Under the pieces are notes generated by a model, which was not told where the DNA came from, ran no database searches, and worked only from the letters and a program-made list of their open reading frames with translations. Both the position numbers and the translations under genes were made by a program. From Oscillospiraceae bacterium (GTDB lineage Bacteria; Bacillota; Clostridia; UBA1212; UBA1255): a stretch of 64,000 nt of DNA. The stretch lies in the NCBI GenBank assembly GCA_015069185.1, contig SVJB01000005.1, forward strand, positions 55,958 to 119,957. Direction: 5' to 3'. Positions 57,301 through 64,000 of this stretch are shown here, piece by piece. The stretch's first letter is position 1. Each line of letters begins with the position of its first letter.

Positions 57301-57980
57301 AAATGCTCCCGACAAAGGTTTCTGTTACAGAGATAAAGCGTCTGCTTGATGCATTTGAGAATGAAGATACAGTGATAATTCCTGAAACACAGATAGAAAT
57401 GCATGAAATAGAAAAAGTATTTTCAACAAAGGAACATATAGGCAATTCTGTGAAAAACCAGGGAACTTTATTACATTTATGTTTACAGATGCTTGATTAT
57501 AAGCAAGTAGAGATCATCAAAAGTGAAGCAGACCCAAAAAAATCAGCAATGGATTACACGGATGCGTTAGTTTTAGAGCTGGAAGATAGGCAACTTATTA
57601 CACACGAAGAAGCAAACAGCATAGACAGATATGTTATTGTACAATATATTCTATCTGATTTTGCCGGTAGATTGGCTGCTTCTGAGCAAATGATAAGAGA
57701 AAAACCTTTCACCATGAATACAGAGATTGGTGGACAAAGAGTTACAGTACAGGGTATAATAGACTGTATCATTCAGGAAAGCGACAAGCTTATATTAATT
57801 GACTTCAAAAGTGATTTTGTTGATCCTCATCCTGATATTGATAAGCTGAGACTTCATGCTGAGCGATACAATATTCAAATGGAAATGTATGCTACTTGCC
57901 TTAAAGAACTTACAGGTAAGGAGCCTGAAAAACTGATATACTACCTGAGACACGGACAGTGTGTAGATATGAACGAATAG
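54345..57980 (+). CDS. addA: ATP-dependent helicase/nuclease subunit A (AddA)
   Basis: UvrD motif I AAAGSGKT. C-terminal RecB-type nuclease motif GIIDCII..LIDFKSD. The start is TTG 54345 or the in-frame GTG 54354. Confidence 0.85.
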   Translation: MAVVDWTNEQRQAIETRGKNMLVAAAAGSGKTAVLVQRIFDVITQSTDVDRLLVVTFTKAAAKEMSARLYNKLSDAMKSDELDDMKKERIMREIILLSKSNITTIHSFCQKIIKANFKESGVDPSATVSDDKETEILKQESLDNVFDKYYQQYSHSFRRLLDTYGTYNSDRSLRECVLLVDKIAASCVNPSQWLTCQADTFDADKINDFIDTKWATELIKTTSVAIDAYCDEYNRLIDYALANGADMYADCLRSDLAGVQRFGNILASNVQTWKSLFEASGAISFIKAPTLSSKMKSNMPSACVDACEYVKTQRTSIKEKIVKLIKTTFGPDSSIPTDDMKLLCGDMSTLVQLVIDYRNEYKAQKKKNNILDFDDLEHIAYETLVNNPDVAEYYRNLFDEIYVDEYQDTSEIQEAILTFVSRQQHNMFMVGDVKQSIYSFRQARPDIFVSKYRKYAKATSTDKDLLILLSNNFRSSRGVIDSVNHVFSNIMNDITCEMDYSQAEYLYCGALLYDNKDDKNPVEIHVIPKDNPVSEPVFVAKQIKELVDSKYQIMDLKTGNTRDITYADIVILLRSFSKKAPDYASALTAIGIPVYYQEDSGFFDCGEINVLMSFLHVIDNPLQDLHFISVMRNIYGFTDSELARVKIFFTDKIGEDGLEKGSQFFFEAVKAYTEGENGTDGYLKNKLNVFLDRLSWIMQQSAGMNVSELLWMIMHENDFYNTLMQSQDANAYRGNINVLLNRAINYDKSTNKGLYRFLTYYDNLKKRNIDISGGGYSAGGNNVNIVSVHKSKGLEFPVVFLCDTGKEFNFMDIRKRLVVHRNLGLGPTCYNVDKRVTYPSIMKECIKLRYDYDIRAEEMRILYVAMTRAKDKLIITGRTSNTFEDFIMESKGKCSSITGKPLNYHIMRASRFLDWISMCYASEDSNIRINCVKSLADTDLLVNETDRDDSRTDGEEPNIHISFLPYMPEYTGIKETDNIKENEHQKMLPTKVSVTEIKRLLDAFENEDTVIIPETQIEMHEIEKVFSTKEHIGNSVKNQGTLLHLCLQMLDYKQVEIIKSEADPKKSAMDYTDALVLELEDRQLITHEEANSIDRYVIVQYILSDFAGRLAASEQMIREKPFTMNTEIGGQRVTVQGIIDCIIQESDKLILIDFKSDFVDPHPDIDKLRLHAERYNIQMEMYATCLKELTGKEPEKLIYYLRHGQCVDMNE

Positions 57981-57998
57981 GACAAGGAATGGTATAAT

Positions 57999-58727
57999 AT
58001 GGAAGAAATTAGATTACAGAAATTTATGGCTCTATGTGGAGTTGCTTCGCGTCGCGAGAGTGAGAAGATAATTGCCGCAGGAAGAGTATATATAAATGGT
58101 AAATGCGTTACTGAGCAGGGCACAAAGATACAATACCCTAAGGACACTGTTACTGTTGATGATATAGTTATTAAACCTGAGAAAACAAAGCATTACATTA
58201 TGTTAAATAAACCTGAGGGAGTATTGTCTTCGGTCAAAGATGACAGAGGTAGAGAATGTGTTGTGTCATTAGTTGATGGTATTGATGCAAGACTGTATCC
58301 TGTTGGCAGACTTGACTATGATACAACAGGCTTGCTAATACTAACAAATGATGGAGATTTTATGAATCGCGTCACTCATCCATCTGCTGAAATATGGAAA
58401 ACTTATCGTGCTGTAGTTCGCGGCGTGCCGGACGAATCGGATGTAAAACATTTTGCCCAGGGAATCATCCTTGACGACGGCAAGACACTTCCTGCAGTAC
58501 TTGATGTGGTGGGATATAAAGGCGAGAATGCAATTGTAGAGGTTAGTATTCGCGAAGGTCGCAACCGTCAGATACGCCGAATGTTAGATAGAATAGGTCA
58601 CGGAGTAAAGAGTCTTCACAGAGTATCATACGGAACGCTAAGACTGGAAGATCTAAAGCCCGGAAAATGGCGCAGATTGTCTCCGGAAGAGGTAAATGAA
58701 CTGCTTAACTGCACAGAAAGAGAATAA
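57999..58727 (+). CDS. rluB: pseudouridine synthase (RsuA/RluB family)
   Basis: S4 domain at the N-terminus. Catalytic motif GRLDYDTTGLL. Confidence 0.8.
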   Translation: MEEIRLQKFMALCGVASRRESEKIIAAGRVYINGKCVTEQGTKIQYPKDTVTVDDIVIKPEKTKHYIMLNKPEGVLSSVKDDRGRECVVSLVDGIDARLYPVGRLDYDTTGLLILTNDGDFMNRVTHPSAEIWKTYRAVVRGVPDESDVKHFAQGIILDDGKTLPAVLDVVGYKGENAIVEVSIREGRNRQIRRMLDRIGHGVKSLHRVSYGTLRLEDLKPGKWRRLSPEEVNELLNCTERE

Positions 58728-58804
58728 AATTTATATTTTATGTGAAACTTAGTTTTATTTTGTACGTTAATGTGGTATTATTAGTCTTTGAGGAGATGAT
58801 GAAA

Positions 58805-59918
58805 ATGTTTGAACTTGAGCAGTTCGGTCCAGAACTGGAAAGTTTATTAAAAAACTTAAACGAATTAAGGGATTCACTTTGACACAGAGGGCATTAAGAA
58901 ATTAATCGGCGAATTAGAAGCAAAGGCTTCTGAACCCGGTTTTTGGGATGACCAGAAAGAATCACAAAAGACTCTCAGACATCTTAAGCAACTTAAGACA
59001 AAGATTGAGAAGTTTACAGAACTAGAGAATAAATACGAAGAGATACAGCTTACCATTGAGATCGGCAACGAAGAAAACGATATGGGCGCTGTTGAGGTCG
59101 TTCAATCAGAGATAGAAGCATTCAAAGATTCATTTACTATACTCAAGCTTGAGACACTGCTTAGCGGAGAATATGATGCGAATAATGCTATTTTAAGTAT
59201 TCATCCTGGCGCAGGCGGTACAGAGTCTCAGGATTGGGCTTCTATGCTTATGCGTATGTATATGCGTTGGGGAGAGGATCACGGATATAAAGTTGAGGTT
59301 GTAGATTACCTTGATGGTGACGAGGCAGGACTCAAGAGTGCGGTTATACGTTTTGAAGGCGAGAATGCATATGGTTTCCTTAAGAGCGAGCATGGTGTTC
59401 ACCGTTTAGTTCGTATATCACCGTTTGACTCGGCAGGTAGACGTCATACATCATTTGTTTCTGTAGAATTACTTCCTGAAATTGACGATGATATTGAGAT
59501 TGATATCAGACCGGAGGACCTGGAGGTAGGCACATACCGTTCCAGTGGTGCCGGTGGCCAGCATATTAATAAAACAGACTCTGCTGTACGTATTGTACAC
59601 AAACCCACAGGTATTACTGTTGCGTGCCAGAACGAGAGATCTCAGCTTCAGAATAAAGAGCAATGTATGAAAATGCTCAGATCCAAACTCTTTGAAGCAA
59701 AGCAACGTGAAAATGTTGAGAAAATTTCGGATCTTAAGGGCGTGCAAATGGAAATTGCATGGGGTAGCCAGATTCGTTCCTACGTATTTTGTCCGTATAC
59801 TCTTGTTAGTGATAGACGTACAGGATATGAGGAAGGTAACATTGCAAAGGTAATGGATGGTGGTCTTGACGGATTTATCAATAGTTATCTTGCGTTTGAG
59901 TATAACAAGAACAAATAA
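58805..59918 (+). CDS. prfB: peptide chain release factor 2, requires programmed +1 frameshift at CTT TGA C (58877-58883)
   Basis: Frame 0 runs from ATG 58805 for 25 codons to TGA 58880-58882. The +1 frame from GAC 58881 is continuous with the track ORF 59082..59918. An SD-like AGGGAT lies 3 nt upstream of CTT. SPF and GGQ motifs are present. Confidence 0.9.
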
Positions 59919-59933
59919 TTAAGAGGGCAATAT

Positions 59934-60899
59934 ATGAAATTAGGAGTTTTGACTGTAGTTCTTCAAGAAATGGAATTTAAGAAAGCCATGAAATATCTGG
60001 CTGACAATGGTGTTCAGGCCGTAGAGATAGGTGCCGGCGGATATCCCGGTAAGGCTCACTGTGACCCTGAGATACTTTTAAATGATCCTACCGCGTTAGA
60101 AGATTTTAAAAAGACTATTGAGGATAACGGGTTAGAGATAAGTGCTCTTAGCTGTCACGGTAATCCTGTACATCCTAATAAAGAAATTGCAGCAAAATTC
60201 CACAATGATTTTATTAACACAATTCTACTGGCTGAGAAGCTGGGCGTTGATAGAATAGTTGGTTTTTCAGGCTGTCCGGGTGACTGCCCCAAGTCTAAGA
60301 ATCCCAACTGGGTTACTTGCGCATGGCCCAGCGAATACCTTGATATTTTAGATTATCAGTGGAATAAAGTGCTTATTCCTTATTGGAAGAAAACAGCAAA
60401 ATTTGCCAAGGCACATGGTATTAATAAAATTTGTTTTGAGATGCACCCAGGCTTTTGCGTATATAACCCGGAAACCTTGCTTAGGTTACGTAATGCAGTA
60501 GGTGATATTATAGGAGCTAACTTTGACCCCAGTCATCTCATATGGCAGGGAATTGATCCGGTAGAGGCAATACGCACATTAGGTGATGCAATATATTTTG
60601 TTCACGGCAAGGATGTGAGACTCGACAGCAGTAATGTTGCCAAGAATGGAGTCCTTGATACAAAGAATTACGGTGACATTGCAAACAGATCGTGGGTATT
60701 CAGAACAATGGGCTATGGACATGACACAATTATGTGGAAAGATATTGTCAGTATGCTCAAGACAGTTGGATATGATGATGTAATCAGCATAGAACATGAA
60801 GATGCTCTTATGTCAGCACAGGAGGGACTCCTTAAAGCGATAGCTTTCCTCAAGGATGTTCTGGTTTTTGAACAAGCAGGTAAGATGTGGTGGGCATAA
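59934..60899 (+). CDS. sugar phosphate isomerase/epimerase (xylose-isomerase-like TIM barrel)
   Basis: Pattern typical of the AP_endonuc_2 family (..CFEMHPG.., ..ISIEHED..). Confidence 0.7.
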   Translation: MKLGVLTVVLQEMEFKKAMKYLADNGVQAVEIGAGGYPGKAHCDPEILLNDPTALEDFKKTIEDNGLEISALSCHGNPVHPNKEIAAKFHNDFINTILLAEKLGVDRIVGFSGCPGDCPKSKNPNWVTCAWPSEYLDILDYQWNKVLIPYWKKTAKFAKAHGINKICFEMHPGFCVYNPETLLRLRNAVGDIIGANFDPSHLIWQGIDPVEAIRTLGDAIYFVHGKDVRLDSSNVAKNGVLDTKNYGDIANRSWVFRTMGYGHDTIMWKDIVSMLKTVGYDDVISIEHEDALMSAQEGLLKAIAFLKDVLVFEQAGKMWWA

Positions 60900-60900
60900 T

Positions 60901-62067
60901 ATGTGGTCAGATATAAGATTAAGACAAGAAGAACAGCTGTCTCCAATAGCTGCAAAGTCAGATAAGAGTCTGGGTCGCAAGATTCCGGAAGAGCCTTGTC
61001 ATATTCGTTCTATATACGAACGTGATGCGGATCGTATTCTATACTCAGAGGATTTTCGTAGGCTCAGACATAAGACACAGGTGTTCTTTAATGCCAAGAA
61101 TGACCATATATGTACACGAATGGAGCATGTGCTATATGTAAACGCCATATCAAATACTATTGGCAGGACTCTTGGTCTGAATCAGGACCTTATAACAGCA
61201 ATTGCACTGGGACATGATATAGGCCACGCTCCTTTTGGCCATAGCGGAGAGCGTGCATTAAGCAGATGTGTCAAGGCTGTGAATCCTGAGCTATCTTTCA
61301 GACATGAATATCACAGCTTGAGAGTTGTAGATAGATTGTCTACAAGAATATCTCACGAGAAAATCAATGAAAAATGCGGTCTTAATCTTACATATGAGGT
61401 GCGTGACGGTATTGTAAGTCATTGCGGTGAAAATTATGACGAATATATACTGACGGCTGATAAGAATAAAGATCCGGAAAAGATTTATATAACTGAACAC
61501 AGAGATTGTATGCCGTATACAATGGAAGCCTGCGTTGTGAGATTAGTGGATAAGATTGCGTATGTAGGCAGAGATATAGAAGATGCAGTAAGAGCCAAAA
61601 TGGTTGACTACAAAGATATATCACAGGAAATACGTACAGAATTAGGCGAGACTAATGGAAAGATAATATCAACTCTGGTAGAGGATATTATTGAAAATAG
61701 TTTCGGTACAGAATATATACAGTTAAGCAAAGCAAAAGCGCAAGCGCTGTCTGAAATGATTAAAACTAATAATAAGTTGATTTACGGCGCACCTATGATC
61801 AAGCGTTACGAAAACAGCACCAACAATGTTGTAGAGGGCTTGTTCGAAAAGCTTTACGAACAGATATGCCGCATTGACTATTCAGATCTGAAGAAACTTG
61901 CTGCAAGGCAGCATTATGATAATAAGATACAATCAAAGCTGGCAGAGTATATTATTGATAAGAACTATGATGCACAGGATCTGCCTGAGCAAATCGTAGT
62001 AGATTACATAGCTGGAATGACAGACGGCTATGCGTTAAAAACTTTTGAGGATATGTATTGGATATGA
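60901..62067 (+). CDS. dGTP triphosphohydrolase-like HD-domain protein
   Basis: I prefer the ATG at 60901, immediately after the upstream stop. HD motif reads ALGHDIGHAPFGHSGE. Confidence 0.75.
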   Translation: MWSDIRLRQEEQLSPIAAKSDKSLGRKIPEEPCHIRSIYERDADRILYSEDFRRLRHKTQVFFNAKNDHICTRMEHVLYVNAISNTIGRTLGLNQDLITAIALGHDIGHAPFGHSGERALSRCVKAVNPELSFRHEYHSLRVVDRLSTRISHEKINEKCGLNLTYEVRDGIVSHCGENYDEYILTADKNKDPEKIYITEHRDCMPYTMEACVVRLVDKIAYVGRDIEDAVRAKMVDYKDISQEIRTELGETNGKIISTLVEDIIENSFGTEYIQLSKAKAQALSEMIKTNNKLIYGAPMIKRYENSTNNVVEGLFEKLYEQICRIDYSDLKKLAARQHYDNKIQSKLAEYIIDKNYDAQDLPEQIVVDYIAGMTDGYALKTFEDMYWI

Positions 62068-62666
62068 GTAAGGAACAGTATAATTTTTATGCATATATCA
62101 GTCGCATGAAATATATCATGCGTTGGGGTCTTATGCGCAATACTGTAAGTGAGAATATTCAGGAACACAGCCTGCAAGTGGCTATACTGGCACATAGCCT
62201 TGCATATATTCATAATAGCCTCAATAAAGATAATCCTTTAATGCAGCTTGATCCTGCTAAGGCTTGTGTTTATGCTGTTTTTCACGATGCAAATGAGATA
62301 ATAACAGGCGATATGCCTACACCTATAAAGTATTACAACCCGGTAATAAAAGAACATTACCATAAGATAGAAGATATTTCTAAGGATAAGCTGCTGTCAA
62401 TGTTGCCGCAGGAAATGGAATCATATTACAGAGATATAATGTTTTATGAAGAACGTGATCCTGAATACTATCCGATAGTTAAGGCGGCTGACAAGCTGAG
62501 TGCTTATCTGAAATGTGTTGAAGAAGTTAAGGCTGGAAACAATGAATTTACTAAGGCTAAGGAATCTATATATGCAGGCCTACAGGAAATGGATTGCCCG
62601 GCATTAAAATATTTCCTTGAGCATTTCACAGATAGTTTTGAACTTACCTTAGATGAACTAGAATAA
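62064..62666 (+). CDS. YfbR-like HD-domain 5'-deoxynucleotidase
   Basis: ATGA overlap with the upstream stop. Motifs EHSLQVAILAH and FHDANEIITGDMPTP. Confidence 0.7.
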   Translation: MSKEQYNFYAYISRMKYIMRWGLMRNTVSENIQEHSLQVAILAHSLAYIHNSLNKDNPLMQLDPAKACVYAVFHDANEIITGDMPTPIKYYNPVIKEHYHKIEDISKDKLLSMLPQEMESYYRDIMFYEERDPEYYPIVKAADKLSAYLKCVEEVKAGNNEFTKAKESIYAGLQEMDCPALKYFLEHFTDSFELTLDELE

Positions 62667-62678
62667 AAGGAGTTAGAA

Positions 62679-64000
62679 ATGGGACTTTTTGAGAAGATTT
62701 TCGGTACAAACAGTGAGAGGTCAGTAAAGCAGATAAGACCTATAGTAGATGAGATTAACAAATTAGAGCCTGCTATGGTTGCTAAGTCGGATAGCGAATT
62801 GAAGGCTATGACAGATATTTTTAAGCAGCGTATCAGCGATGGCGAAGACCTTGATGATATCCTTCCTGAAGCATTTGCCGTTGTGCGCGAAGCTGCCAAG
62901 CGTGTACTTGGTCAGAGACATTATGACGTACAGTTGATAGGCGGTATTATTCTACATCAAGGACGTATTGCCGAGATGAAAACAGGTGAGGGTAAGACTC
63001 TCGTATCTACTTTGCCGGCATATTTAAATGCACTGACAGGAAAAGGTGTGCATCTTGTTACTGTTAACGATTATCTGGCAAAGCGTGACAGCGAATGGAT
63101 GGGTAAGATATATAACTTCCTGGGACTTAGTGTAGGTGTTATTGTGCACGGACTCACATCCGAGCAAAGACGTGCTGCTTATAATTGTGATATTACTTAT
63201 GCTACTAATAATGAACTTGGATTTGATTATTTAAGAGATAACATGGTCATATACAAACAGCATCTGGTACAGCGTGAACTTAACTTTGCTATCGTAGACG
63301 AAGTGGATAGTATCCTTATAGATGAAGCACGTACGCCTTTGATTATTTCAGGCCCGGGTGCCAAATCCAGTGAAATGTATGAAAAGGCAGATGCTTTTGC
63401 CGCTACTCTCAAGTGTCTTGTTATAAAAGAAACTAACTCCAAAGAGCTTATGGATGATGTAGAGGAAGATTATATTGTAGATGAGAAGGCAAGAAGCAGC
63501 GTGCTGACAAAGCACGGTGTTGAGAAAGCTGAGAAATGGTTTGGCGTAGATAACTTATCAGATCCGGAAAATAGCGAGCTGTCACATCATATTAATCAGG
63601 CTATTAAGGCCCGTGGTATTATGAAGAAGGATATTGACTATGTTGTTAAGGACGGCGAAGTTATTATAGTTGACGAGTTTACAGGACGTCTTATGTTTGG
63701 TAGACGATATAACGAAGGCTTGCATCAGGCAATTGAAGCCAAAGAGAGAGTTAAGATTGAGAAAGAAAGTATGACTCAGGCAACTATTACTTTCCAGAAC
63801 TTCTTCAGAATGTATCATAAGCTTTCCGGTATGACCGGTACAGCACTTACAGAAGAAGGCGAATTCAATGGTATCTATTCTCTCGATGTTGTGGCAGTGC
63901 CTACAAATAAAGCTGTTGCCAGAATCGATCAGCCGGATGCCGTGTATAAGACGGTAGCCGGTAAATATAAAGCATTAGTACAGGATGTTAAGGAAGCTCA
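62679..64000 (+). CDS. secA: preprotein translocase ATPase SecA (5' partial, runs off the window)
   Basis: AAGGAG RBS, ATG at 62679. Sequence reads [38 protein letters not shown] (Walker A). The frame is open to the window end, and the ORF is absent from the supplied track. Confidence 0.9.
   Translation, partial: MGLFEKIFGTNSERSVKQIRPIVDEINKLEPAMVAKSDSELKAMTDIFKQRISDGEDLDDILPEAFAVVREAAKRVLGQRHYDVQLIGGIILHQGRIAEMKTGEGKTLVSTLPAYLNALTGKGVHLVTVNDYLAKRDSEWMGKIYNFLGLSVGVIVHGLTSEQRRAAYNCDITYATNNELGFDYLRDNMVIYKQHLVQRELNFAIVDEVDSILIDEARTPLIISGPGAKSSEMYEKADAFAATLKCLVIKETNSKELMDDVEEDYIVDEKARSSVLTKHGVEKAEKWFGVDNLSDPENSELSHHINQAIKARGIMKKDIDYVVKDGEVIIVDEFTGRLMFGRRYNEGLHQAIEAKERVKIEKESMTQATITFQNFFRMYHKLSGMTGTALTEEGEFNGIYSLDVVAVPTNKAVARIDQPDAVYKTVAGKYKALVQDVKEA

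Noticed and set aside
1-64000. CRISPR arrays, transposases/IS elements, prophage, toxin-antitoxin pairs, restriction-modification genes
   Set aside because: I looked for regularly spaced repeats, DDE/tyrosine-recombinase motifs and small paired ORFs, and none was found in any intergenic or coding region.

Overview
This 64-kb window looks like a low-GC Gram-positive, Clostridia-like chromosome, judged from an AddA-type recombinase, a T-box leader, SipW-type peptidases and GGAGG-type RBSs. I support about 53 protein genes, one tRNA-Gly(UCC), one Leu-type T-box leader, several intrinsic terminators and a few near-consensus promoters. I saw no rRNA, CRISPR array, transposase, integrase or phage genes. 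From about 17.4 kb to 64 kb the content is mostly core or housekeeping. It includes an ECF sigma/anti-sigma/vWA lipoprotein module, fba, MscS, an acyl-CoA ligase, an ABC-F ATPase, thiamine pyrophosphokinase, an ABC exporter, aconitase, a cyclophilin and an LtaS-like protein. It also includes T-box-leuA-leuC-leuD-leuB-ilvB-ilvN, DJ-1, a CDF transporter, gap, galM, a FolT-FolC fusion, addA, rluB, prfB with the classical +1 frameshift, two HD-domain nucleotide hydrolases and the 5' part of secA. The stand-out is the accessory block at 0.3-12.8 kb. It is a co-directional seven-gene locus with two SipW-type (S26B) signal peptidases and three small TasA/camelysin-like secreted proteins. Two of these share a near-identical predicted cleavage and N-terminal strand module, and one carries an LPXTG-like MPETG sorting signal. 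The locus also holds a fourth small protein with a related N-terminus and an 1857-aa beta-helix/InlB-B-repeat/MBG-like surface protein. Directly downstream is a TIR-like/TIR/Sel1/TPR protein. I interpret the locus as a candidate multi-subunit SipW-dependent fibre or adhesin system, more elaborate than the described tapA-sipW-tasA or sipW-bsaABC operons. All family assignments come from motif reading by eye and need HMM or structure confirmation.
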